Virus record (IMG/VR): IMGVR_UViG_3300020215_000077
Coordinates: 1-44,755 of that record
Length of the DNA: 44,755 nt
Source of the DNA: a virus
Reading direction: 5' to 3' (one strand)
The translations under genes and the position numbers were made by a program. Of this stretch, positions 22,645 through 29,777 are shown one piece after another (the stretch's first letter is position 1; every line of letters begins with the position of its first letter). The notes beneath the pieces are model-generated. The model saw only the letters and a list, made by a program, of their open reading frames with translations, was not told the origin of the DNA and did no database searches.

Positions 22645-23508
22645 GTGAGGATCAGGACGATCAAGCCGCAGTTTTGGACGTCTGGGGACATCAAGCGGCA
22701 GAGCGACAGCGTCGCCCTCTTCTTTATCGGCCTCTGGAACGCCGCCGACGACGAAGGGAAGCTCAAGTATGACCCTGTGGAAATCTCCGCGCGGCTAGGC
22801 GGTAGGTGGGACGCGGGTAAGGTGCGGCTCTTCGTCGGCAAGCTAGTGGCTGGCGGTCAGATCATCGTCAGCCAGGACTCGGGTTGGCTTCGGGTCGTCA
22901 ACTGGTCGCATCAGAAGATCAACAGGCCGCTTCGGCCTTCCGTGAAAGTGGAAGAAATCGAATGGCTTACGAAGCGTGATTCACTGAACGCTCACGACAA
23001 TTCGATGAGCGCTCACTGCAAGTATAGGAAGGGAAAGGAAGGGAAAAGGAAGGGAAGGGATTCCCTTACGGGGCAGACCCCCTTCGCTGAAGGGGGATCC
23101 GCTGGCGAGGAAAGCCCCCCGGCTGAGCTAGCCCCCAAGAAACCCCGCGCCCTCCCCTCGGCCGAGACGAAGACCGGCCGGACGTGGGCGGCCTACTCGC
23201 AGGCCTACCGGCTTCGCTACGGCGAGGAGCCGGCGCGCAACGCCAAGGGCTTCGGCATCTGCTCGCAGCTCGTGGACCGTCTGGGCGCCGAGGAGGCTCC
23301 CGAAGTCGCCGCCTTCTATGTCGGCCACAACGACAGCTTCTACGTCCGCTCCCTTCACCCGCTCTCACTCCTCCTGCGCGACGCCGAGAAGCTTCGGACC
23401 GAGTGGAAGGTCGGCCGCCAGATGACGCAGACGACCGCCCGCCGCGTCGAGCAGGCGCAGTCCAACGCCGACGCCATCCGCGATTACCTCGCCGACGAGG
23501 GGGCGTAG
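22645..23508 (+). CDS. Putative replication initiator / replisome organiser
   Basis: N-terminal IKPQFWTSGDI...ALFFIGLWNAADDEGKL motif. Position is between recT and downstream replication-region genes. GTG 22645 follows GGGAGGTGG. Confidence 0.5.
   Translation: MRIRTIKPQFWTSGDIKRQSDSVALFFIGLWNAADDEGKLKYDPVEISARLGGRWDAGKVRLFVGKLVAGGQIIVSQDSGWLRVVNWSHQKINRPLRPSVKVEEIEWLTKRDSLNAHDNSMSAHCKYRKGKEGKRKGRDSLTGQTPFAEGGSAGEESPPAELAPKKPRALPSAETKTGRTWAAYSQAYRLRYGEEPARNAKGFGICSQLVDRLGAEEAPEVAAFYVGHNDSFYVRSLHPLSLLLRDAEKLRTEWKVGRQMTQTTARRVEQAQSNADAIRDYLADEGA
23026..23060 (+). repeat. 35-nt uninterrupted polypurine tract with GGAAGGGAA iterations, inside the initiator-like gene
   Basis: aggaagggaaaggaagggaaaaggaagggaaggga, encoding KGKEGKRKGR. 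Confidence 0.9.
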
Positions 23509-23510
23509 CC

Positions 23511-24074
23511 GTGGACCCGAAGCTGCGCTTTCTCGAGATGCTCAACACGGTGGCCGCGCTAGCCAACGTCTCGCTCACAAAGACCCTGGTCGGAGTCTAC
23601 GTGGAGGAGCTCGAACCCGTCGGCCTCGAGCGCGCCACCGCCGCCCTCCGCCGCTACGCCACGAAGACGACCCCGCGCACCGGACTGCCGACCGTCGAGC
23701 AGATCAAGGCGGACCTGGGTGCCGCCGAGCCCTCGGACGAGTCCAAGGCGCGCGACGCCGTAAGCCGCATCATCCAGGCGATCTCGGTCCACGGTTACAA
23801 CTGGCCCGAGAGAGCCCAGGCCGCCGTCGGCACGCTCGGCTGGGAACTCGTGCGCCGCGCCGGGGGCTGGGAGGCGATCTGCCAGGAATACACCTACGCG
23901 AAGGAGCACGCAGTGCTCGCCGCCCAGTGGCGCGAACTCGCCAAATCGCTGCTTGAAAGAGCCCGCACCGGCCAGCTGGACACCGCGCCGTCGCTCTACC
24001 CGGCCGAGACGGCAGGGGTCGTCTCGAAGGCCCTCACCCTGGCTCTAAACGGCGGGAAGGGCCGTGAGCCATGA
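23511..24074 (+). CDS. Hypothetical protein (replication region)
   Basis: GTG 23511 lies just after the upstream stop; 187 aa. Confidence 0.55.
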   Translation: MDPKLRFLEMLNTVAALANVSLTKTLVGVYVEELEPVGLERATAALRRYATKTTPRTGLPTVEQIKADLGAAEPSDESKARDAVSRIIQAISVHGYNWPERAQAAVGTLGWELVRRAGGWEAICQEYTYAKEHAVLAAQWRELAKSLLERARTGQLDTAPSLYPAETAGVVSKALTLALNGGKGREP

Positions 24075-24303
24075 GCGTCGGTGGGCGCCTTGCTATCTCT
24101 GCCAGGGAACCGGGACGGTCCTGGCGCTCAAGCGCGACTACCTTCTCGGCTCGGCATTTGCGTTCGCCTGCTCGTGCGATGAGGGCCGGAAGTGGCCGGC
24201 ATATCCCTCGTGGCGGCAGGAGCTCAGAGAGCAGTTCGTGCCCCGCTGGGAGCATCTCATGGCCGAGCGCCGCATGAAGGAGGACCCGACGTGCGTACCC
24301 TGA
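24064..24303 (+). CDS. Small DnaJ-type zinc-finger (CxxCxGxG) protein
   Basis: CYLCQGTG motif plus additional Cys (ACSCDEG). Confidence 0.5.
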   Translation: MSHERRWAPCYLCQGTGTVLALKRDYLLGSAFAFACSCDEGRKWPAYPSWRQELREQFVPRWEHLMAERRMKEDPTCVP

Positions 24304-24440
24304 TCCGCTGGCTCCGCATCAAGCTTGCCGTCCGCCGCCGAAGGCGCCTCGAGGTCCGCATCAACCCGACCCGCAGGCTTCCCCTGATCCGGGCGAGCGA
24401 TCTCTACCGGGCGCAGCGAATCGAGGAGGGCGCGCCGTGA
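24291..24440 (+). CDS. Small basic protein (49 aa)
   Basis: GTG 24291 follows GAAGGAGGA. Arg-rich. Confidence 0.4.
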   Translation: MRTLIRWLRIKLAVRRRRRLEVRINPTRRLPLIRASDLYRAQRIEEGAP

Positions 24441-24766
24441 CCAGCAGCCTGAATAGCTTCGACCGCGAGTTGATCAACCTCGAGTCCGCGCTGTGGGACA
24501 AGGAAGCCGAGATCAGGCTGGCCGAGGACATCATCGGCCAGCTTACGGACATCCAGTCCCTCCTAAGCGAAGAGCAGCGACCGACCGTCGGCCCGCACGT
24601 CGCCAAGGCAATCGAGAGCGCCGAGAAGGACCTAGCCGAGATCGAGAAGCAGCTGGAGGAGGCGACCGACGAGTACAACGCGGCTCTCCGCCGGCGCGGC
24701 TTCCAGTCGGAGGACCAGTGGCACATGGAGCTGGAAAGGCGGTTGAGCGTCGTCGAGCTTGATTGA
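24437..24766 (+). CDS. Coiled-coil protein
   Basis: GTGA overlap with the upstream gene; 109 aa, acidic and helical. Confidence 0.55.
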   Translation: MTSSLNSFDRELINLESALWDKEAEIRLAEDIIGQLTDIQSLLSEEQRPTVGPHVAKAIESAEKDLAEIEKQLEEATDEYNAALRRRGFQSEDQWHMELERRLSVVELD

Positions 24767-24813
24767 ATCGCGGCGGCAGTGGCGCCGTTCGCGTAACACC
24801 AGAGGGAGATCCC

Positions 24814-25428
24814 ATGAAAACCGTCAACGTCAAGATTCGGGGCGTGAGCCCGCTGCTGCTCAACAAGTTCAAGGACCAGGACGAGATCCCGGCGAAGGTC
24901 ACGAAGGGCAAGAAGGACTACGGCACGCCGCGCGAGCAGGCCGAGAAGACCGCTTACGCCGACGAGGCGACCGGCCGGCTGTGGGTGCCGTGGTCGTGGA
25001 TCTCCGGATGCATTCGCTCAGTGGCGTCGGACTATAAGATCAACGGCTCCCGCAAGAGCGTAAAGTCGGTGTCGAGCGGCGCCGTGCGCCTCACCGACGA
25101 GCGCCTCTTCTTCGATGAGGCCTTCACGATTGCCGACATCGAGGTGGACTCGCGGCCGGCCGTTGTGCAGCGGGCCCGCATCATGCGCCACCGCGCACGG
25201 CTTGAGAACTGGACGCTGTCGTTCGCAGTCGAGGTGGAGGAGGACATCCTCCCGCTCGATCAAGTCCACGAGATCCTCAATGACGCAGGCAAGCGCGCTG
25301 GCCTCGGAGACTACCGCGTCGAGAAGGGTGGGCCGTTTGGCCGCTTCCAGGTCGTCGCGTGGAGCGTGATGAGCGAAGGCCAGGATGCGAAGGTCGAGAA
25401 GTTTGAGCCGAAGAGGAAGCGGGCTTGA
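24814..25428 (+). CDS. Hypothetical protein with Cas7/Csm3-like RAMP motif order (tentative)
   Basis: Ordered motifs resemble Csm3/Cmr4: an N-terminal beta strand VNVKIRGVSPLL, then RLWVPWSWISGCIRS (compare IPGSSxKGxxRS), VRLTDERLFF, RHRARLENWTLSFAVEV, and a Gly-rich C-terminal loop GLGDYRVEKGGPFGRFQV. SD GAGGGAG precedes ATG 24814. Confidence 0.35.
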   Translation: MKTVNVKIRGVSPLLLNKFKDQDEIPAKVTKGKKDYGTPREQAEKTAYADEATGRLWVPWSWISGCIRSVASDYKINGSRKSVKSVSSGAVRLTDERLFFDEAFTIADIEVDSRPAVVQRARIMRHRARLENWTLSFAVEVEEDILPLDQVHEILNDAGKRAGLGDYRVEKGGPFGRFQVVAWSVMSEGQDAKVEKFEPKRKRA

Positions 25429-26125
25429 TGGAGAGGTCCGGCAAGGTTGGGCTTGGCAGGGCATCGCTTGTCGCAGCGGGGCTTGGCAAAGCTCGGCTCG
25501 GTGCGGGCGGGACGGCGAGGCAAGGCAGGGTTTGGTTTCGTATCGTGTGGCTCTGCATGGCAAGACGCGGAAGGCTGGTCGTGGTCCGGCTCGGCACGTT
25601 CAGGCACGGCTTGAATTGGCCTGGCTAGGTTGGGCGCGGACGGATTGGCAAGGCATCGCAGGGCTGGGTCTGGCATGGTCCGGTCCGGCATGGCGAGGAG
25701 CGGATGGAGAGGGATGGCATGGTCAGGCTGGGCTGGGCTCGGTGAGGTTAGTCCTGTCGAGGCGAGGTCTGGGTGGTTCGGCAAAGGAAGGCATCGCGCG
25801 CCACGGTTAGGCAGTGCGTCGCGTGGCTCGGTTGAGTCGGGCTTGGCAAGCCATGGCTCGGTTCTGCGGAGTTCGGCAAGGCTCGGTTCGGATGGTTAGG
25901 CATGGCAGGGTTTCGCGCAGCGGCGCAGGGCGGGGCGCGGTAAGGAAGGCGCGGATGGAATCGGAAGGCCCTGCTTGGCGGGCTTGGGCTCGGCGCGGCA
26001 GGGCATGGCATTGCGTTGTACGGCACGCCTCGGCTGGGCACGGCGTGGAAGCCCCGGATCGGCACGGTACGGCCGGGTTTGGCAAGGCGCACTTTGGCGT
26101 GGCTCGGTAGGGCACGGACGGCGAG
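25429..26125 (+). repeat. ~700-bp non-coding, G-skewed, degenerate short-repeat tract (GGNNN pentamer phasing; TGGCA(N)GG / GGCTCGG words)
   Basis: About 29 GGCA occurrences by hand count. Runs such as ggctc ggctc ggtgc gggcg and ggtcc ggtcc ggcat ggcga ggagc ggatg. G outnumbers C about 2:1 in sampled lines. Overlapping ORFs appear in all six frames, none with a consistent coding frame. Confidence 0.85.
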
Positions 26126-26136
26126 GATCAACAAAC

Positions 26137-26400
26137 ATGACGACCGCAAGTGACAGCGCCTTCCCCTCTGGCGTCCTCATGTCGGAGTCCTGCCCCTACC
26201 AGCGGGGGCTTTCGCGGCGCGACTACTTCGCAGCTCTGGCGATGCAAGGTCTGGCCTCTGACGTCTCGGGTGCCATGGCCAAGCTCGCGGCCAGAAACGG
26301 CGTGCCGCTTACCAAGGTGATCGCGGGTGTGGCGCGAGAGCTGGCCGATGCGCTCGAGGCCGAGCTCAAGCTGCCCACCCAAAAAGGTGAGGGGTCATGA
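26137..26400 (+). CDS. Hypothetical protein (RRDYFAALAMQGL motif common in small phage proteins)
   Basis: ATG 26137 lies at the end of the repeat tract; 87 aa. Confidence 0.55.
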   Translation: MTTASDSAFPSGVLMSESCPYQRGLSRRDYFAALAMQGLASDVSGAMAKLAARNGVPLTKVIAGVARELADALEAELKLPTQKGEGS

Positions 26401-26609
26401 CGATCATCAACCCCGCGCTCACCGCGCCCGCCTGGGCTCGCTACCGCGGCGAGAAGGTGCGGGTGTTCTGGGCGACGAAGAGCGACGAGCACGTCACCTG
26501 CGAGTTCATGACGGGGCCGCACGTCGGCAAGTGGACGTCGGCGGTCAGGAAGGAGCTTGAGCCGTGGGTGGAGGAGTACGAGCCCGAGGACCTGGAGGAG
26601 GGGCGGTGA
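26397..26609 (+). CDS. Hypothetical protein
   Basis: ATGA overlap with the upstream gene; 70 aa. Confidence 0.55.
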   Translation: MTIINPALTAPAWARYRGEKVRVFWATKSDEHVTCEFMTGPHVGKWTSAVRKELEPWVEEYEPEDLEEGR

Positions 26610-26700
26610 GCGGCGTGGCACGGCTAGGCGAGGTCTCGCGAGGCACCGTCTGGTTTGGTTAGGCCTGGTCTGGTGTGGTTTGGACGGCACGGAGGGGCAG
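26610..26700 (+). repeat. Second, short G/T-rich tract of the same word family
   Basis: GGCACGG twice, GGTTTGG twice and GGTTAGGC (also present in the main tract at 25805 and 25893). Confidence 0.75.
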
Positions 26701-26796
26701 ATGGATTGGACGTCGTACGAAACGATCACCTTGTTCTACTTGGCGACCTTCTGCCTCGGCATGGCCACGGGCCTCTGGGCGGCACGTCGATTCTGA
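26701..26796 (+). CDS. Small membrane protein (31 aa)
   Basis: ATG follows GGAGGGG. Single TM, ITLFYLATFCLGMATGLWAA. Confidence 0.4.
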   Translation: MDWTSYETITLFYLATFCLGMATGLWAARRF

Positions 26797-26817
26797 CAAG
26801 CAATCGCGGAGGCTGGT

Positions 26818-27003
26818 ATGCGCAGCTGTAACGGCCAGGGTTTGGCGCTGGACACCCAGCGAGCGATCGACAGGTACGTTTCCGAGGTCGTGGAGGCCAT
26901 CGAATGGGCCATCCACAAGAAGTACATTGAGCAGACGATCCCTGGGTACTTCCCGTGGTTAGAAAAGCAGCAGAGGGAGACGCGCCGTGAGACGAGGCAC
27001 TAG
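26818..27003 (+). CDS. Hypothetical protein
   Basis: 61-aa ORF with GGAGG SD. Confidence 0.5.
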   Translation: MRSCNGQGLALDTQRAIDRYVSEVVEAIEWAIHKKYIEQTIPGYFPWLEKQQRETRRETRH

Positions 27004-27223
27004 CCGGACGCAGGCGGCCGTGGCAGAACAGGCGGGTTCTTTGACAACCAGCGAGCCCCGCTTGCGCTCGGTGAGGGAGGTGGCCGACCTTCTGCGCGTC
27101 TCGGCGAAGACCGTCTACGACTGGACGGCCGACAGGAAGCTCCCCTCCTATAAGCTGGGCAAGCGGGTCTTGATCGACATGGCGGACGTGGAGCGGCTAC
27201 TTGCGCGAGCCAGGACCTTCTAG
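26987..27223 (+). CDS. xis: Excisionase-family (MerR-like HTH_17) DNA-binding protein
   Basis: VREVADLLRVSAKTVYDWTADRKLPSYKLGKRVLI lies directly upstream of the integrase gene. The start is uncertain. Confidence 0.7.
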   Translation: MRRGTSRTQAAVAEQAGSLTTSEPRLRSVREVADLLRVSAKTVYDWTADRKLPSYKLGKRVLIDMADVERLLARARTF

Positions 27224-27231
27224 GAGGTCCC

Positions 27232-28365
27232 ATGCCTATCGAACGCGGAGCCCGCAAGGCCGGCAAGGCCTACCGGGCGGTCTTCAAGGTGCGTCGCACC
27301 CGCTTTCAGTCGCCCTGGTTTCGCTCTGAAGAGGAGGCCAAGGACTGGGAGGCGAGAAAGAGGACCGAGATCCAAGACGGCCAGGTGGTGACCGGCCGCA
27401 AGATCCTGGTCCAAGACTTCACCAAGCTCTGGCTCGAGAAACACGCCTACGCCCGCAAGACCTTCGGCGCTGCCGTGCGCGACGAGTCGGTGACCAGGAA
27501 GTACATCGACCCCCGCTTTGGCTCTCGCCAACTGCGAAGCCTCACCTTCCAGGACCTGGACTTCTTCTTTTCCGAGCTCGCCCGCTCCGGGACGGTGAAG
27601 CCCAAGACGGTGAACAACTGCATCGGCACCGTGAAGAAGATGCTCTCTGATGCCGTGCGCTGGGGGCACCTCTCCTCCTCGCCGGCCGCTGCCCTCAAGC
27701 GCTTTGAGGTGCCAGACGAGGAGGTCACCTACCTCTACCGAGACGAGGTGGCCAAGCTCCTGGCCTACGCGGCTGTCCATCGGCCGCACGAGCACGAGAT
27801 CATCCTCTTCGCCCTGAACACAGGCTGCCGCCTTGGTGAGTGCGTGGCGCTTTCCTGGGGCAAGGTGGACTTGGGACGGCGCACGGCGCTCATCTCGGCC
27901 ACCTGGGCGGACAAGGAAAGACGGGTGGTCGAGCGCACCAAGGGAAAGAGAATCCGTCAGGTGCCCCTCAACTCGGAGGCGCTCTCGCTCTTTCGCCGCA
28001 TGCATCTTCTGGGGCGAAAGGCCGAGGACCTGGTCTTCGCCCGGGTGTCCTACTCGGCGCTCACCAACCACGGCGGCTTTGCCCGGCTACTTCGGCGCTC
28101 GGGCCTCAAGGACGCCTTGGACCGCGGCGCCACCTTCCACTCGCTTCGCCACACATTCGCCTCTGAGTTCATGAGGGCCGGCGGCGGCTTGTGGGACCTG
28201 CAAAAGCTTCTGGGCCACGCGACGATCACCCAGACAGAGAAGTACGCGCACTTTGCCCCTGGCCACACGGCGGGGCTTACCGATCGCGTCGGCTTCGCGA
28301 CACCGCAGGGCGAGAGAGTGCCGGTCCCCACGGCGGTCCCCAAAACGGCGATTTCAGCTTCGTAA
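27232..28365 (+). CDS. int: Tyrosine integrase
   Basis: Catalytic boxes TGCRLGE (Arg), HSLRHTFAS (HxxR) and LLGHATITQTEKYAH (His/Tyr). AGGAGG SD. Confidence 0.9.
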   Translation: MPIERGARKAGKAYRAVFKVRRTRFQSPWFRSEEEAKDWEARKRTEIQDGQVVTGRKILVQDFTKLWLEKHAYARKTFGAAVRDESVTRKYIDPRFGSRQLRSLTFQDLDFFFSELARSGTVKPKTVNNCIGTVKKMLSDAVRWGHLSSSPAAALKRFEVPDEEVTYLYRDEVAKLLAYAAVHRPHEHEIILFALNTGCRLGECVALSWGKVDLGRRTALISATWADKERRVVERTKGKRIRQVPLNSEALSLFRRMHLLGRKAEDLVFARVSYSALTNHGGFARLLRRSGLKDALDRGATFHSLRHTFASEFMRAGGGLWDLQKLLGHATITQTEKYAHFAPGHTAGLTDRVGFATPQGERVPVPTAVPKTAISAS

Positions 28366-28563
28366 GAGGCGGAAATCTCGGGGGAAACAGGAGCGGGAGG
28401 GGAGGGAATCGAAAAATCGCCAGCGGCCTTAGCACGTTAGCAGCATCTGTCCGAAACCCTTACCAGTCCTCGCTCACGCAGAGTCTATCCACAGTCCGCC
28501 ATGTCGGCAAGGTCTGGTCCCTAGAGGCACGTCGGTCCCCAAACGGTCCCCAAAGTCCCCGAA
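28323..28563 (+). other. Candidate attP region with GGTCCCC(A) arm-type repeats
   Basis: GGTCCCCA at 28323-28330, GGTCCCCAAAA at 28335-28345, GGTCCCTA at 28516-28523, GGTCCCCAAA at 28534-28543 and 28545-28554, and GTCCCCGAA at 28555-28563. The region lies immediately 3' of int. Confidence 0.45.
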
Positions 28564-28573
28564 GGAGGAAGCC

Positions 28574-28666
28574 ATGCGCGTCGATCTGAACGGCTGGATC
28601 TGGGAGATGCGGGATGATGGTCAGTGGTGGCTCGTGGCGATGGCGCTCACGTGTCGGCCGCGGTAG
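28574..28666 (+). CDS. Possible small ORF (30 aa, Trp-rich)
   Basis: Strong SD GAAGGAGGAAGCC precedes ATG 28574. Translation: MRVDLNGWIWEMRDDGQWWLVAMALTCRPR. It is short and lies in the attP region. Confidence 0.3.
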   Translation: MRVDLNGWIWEMRDDGQWWLVAMALTCRPR

Positions 28667-28786
28667 GCTCTAGCGAGCATTGGACTTCCAGCGCATCTCA
28701 ACAACGTCTAGCCCGCGGGTCTTGGCCTCGCGGGGCTTGTCGTTTGGTATGCGCGAGGTATGCGGCCGATATACCGGAAGCGGCGC

Positions 28787-29017
28787 TCACCACCCGCTGG
28801 TGCGCGCCCGGGCGATCCTGGCGTTCACCTTCTTCGAGCTCCACCAGAGCCACGTCGCGCACGTGAGGACGAAGACGACCAGGCCGATCACTTCGCTCTG
28901 CCAGGTGTCCAGGCGGTAGAGCGCGGCTTCAATCTGGCCGACAACCGAGCCCACGAAGAAGCTGAAGAACAGCCAGCGCTCGACCGTGTCGGGCAGAGAC
29001 CTCGTGATCACCCGCAC
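28787..29017 (-). CDS. Small two-TM membrane protein
   Basis: Hydrophobic segments WLFFSFFVGSVVG and VIGLVVFVLTCATWLWW. The start overlaps the upstream RHH gene by 10 nt. Confidence 0.55.
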   Translation of the reverse strand: MRVITRSLPDTVERWLFFSFFVGSVVGQIEAALYRLDTWQSEVIGLVVFVLTCATWLWWSSKKVNARIARARTSGW

Positions 29018-29196
29018 TCCTCCAAGGTCTCAGGCGCGTACGAGATCGACGCCTTCCGGATCCACTGGCTGACGTTGCCGCCGGTGAAGCGCTCGGCGTT
29101 CTTCCGAACCGCCTCCTTCTCCGCCTCCGAGACCTTGATGATGAGCAGCTTGTCTTTCCTCGGCGGCTTGGAAGGCATGAGCGGGTAGTCGTTCAC
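29008..29196 (-). CDS. Ribbon-helix-helix (CopG/MobC-like) DNA-binding protein
   Basis: KLLIIKVSEAEKEAVRKNAERFTGGNVSQWIRKA fits a beta-alpha-alpha RHH pattern. Confidence 0.6.
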   Translation of the reverse strand: MNDYPLMPSKPPRKDKLLIIKVSEAEKEAVRKNAERFTGGNVSQWIRKASISYAPETLEECG

Positions 29197-29210
29197 GGTT
29201 CATCCCAAAG

Positions 29211-29238
29211 TTGCGTGGCGGGTTTGGCGGACTATATC
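29211..29238 (+). promoter_or_regulatory. Candidate promoter TTGCGT-N16-TATATC upstream of terS
   Basis: Hexamers at 29211-29216 and 29233-29238, in the divergent region between the RHH gene (-) and terS (+). Confidence 0.3.
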
Positions 29239-29288
29239 CTGAGCGTATAGACACCACACGCCAACCGTCAAAAACGCAGATTGGGTCC

Positions 29289-29777
29289 ATGGCAGGTAAG
29301 ACCGAGGTCGCTCAGCGAAAGGGCGGCAGGCCGACCAAATTCTCCGATCGCATGGTGGAACGCCTCCTCGAGATGGCCAAGGCTGGCGCGACCGACGCCG
29401 AGATGGCCAAGGCGATCTGCGTCTCCCGCCGCACGCTGCAGCTCTGGAAGGGGAAGCACCCCGAGTTCATGCGCGCCCTGCAGGAGGCGAAGGACGTCGC
29501 CGACGAGATGGTCGAGCTGTCGCTCTACCGGCGCGCCACCGGCTACAGCCACCCGGCCATCAAGATCTTCTGCTCGGGCGGCGAGATCTTGACCCAGAAG
29601 TACGTCGAGCATCACCCGCCGGACACGACCGCCTGCATCTTCTGGCTGAAGAACCGGCAGCCTGACAGGTGGCGGGACCAGAAGAACGTGGCCTTGGCCG
29701 TGAAGTCGCTCAACGAGCAGATCGTGGATGCTTTGAGCGAGGGCGACGAAGACGGTGCTGCAGAACTTCCGCAGTAG
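29289..29777 (+). CDS. terS: Terminase small subunit
   Basis: GRPTKFSD..., an HTH (GATDAEMAKAICVSRRTLQLWKGKHPEF) and IFWLKNRQPDRWRD, all typical of TerS. Confidence 0.8.
   Translation: MAGKTEVAQRKGGRPTKFSDRMVERLLEMAKAGATDAEMAKAICVSRRTLQLWKGKHPEFMRALQEAKDVADEMVELSLYRRATGYSHPAIKIFCSGGEILTQKYVEHHPPDTTACIFWLKNRQPDRWRDQKNVALAVKSLNEQIVDALSEGDEDGAAELPQ

Noticed and set aside
21692-22648. 318-aa + strand alternative-frame ORF overlapping recT.
   Set aside because: The translation is extremely Arg/Gly/Pro-rich. The overlapping frame 21759..22601 has an unambiguous RecT signature.
25454-25917. Sigma-54 promoters suggested by TGGCA...TCGC words (for example TGGCAGGGCATCGC, TGGCAAGGCATCGC, TGGCAGGGTTTCGC).
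   Set aside because: The GG-to-GC spacing is one nucleotide shorter than the strict -24/-12 arrangement (TGGCAC-N5-TTGC), and the -12 element is TCGC rather than TTGC.
25429-26125. CRISPR array.
   Set aside because: There are no regularly spaced, near-identical 25-40-nt repeats separated by unique spacers. The repeats are 5-15-nt degenerate words at irregular spacing, and there is no leader or cas operon.
25429-26125. CsrA/RsmA-sponge RNA (multiple GGA motifs).
   Set aside because: I counted about 17 GGA, roughly what base composition predicts. The enriched word is GGCA, not A(N)GGA in hairpin loops.
25311-26149. Multiple 60-170-aa ORFs in all six frames across the G-rich tract (for example 25385..25810 +, 25311..25784 -, 25748..26149 -, 25814..26110 +).
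   Set aside because: They mutually overlap, their composition is repetitive (ARQG/GLG on the + strand, Pro-rich on the - strand), and the 5-nt phasing is incompatible with a maintained codon frame. I treat the region as non-coding pending expression data.
28366-28786. tRNA gene or tRNA 3' fragment as the attP core. Also ORFs 28191..28589, 28624..28866, 28680..28919 and 28760..29188.
   Set aside because: I could not recognise a T-arm (GGTTCGAATCC-like) or acceptor-stem pattern by eye. The ORFs overlap each other and the minus-strand genes, and they have junk-like composition. A tRNAscan-type or covariance-model search is still advisable.
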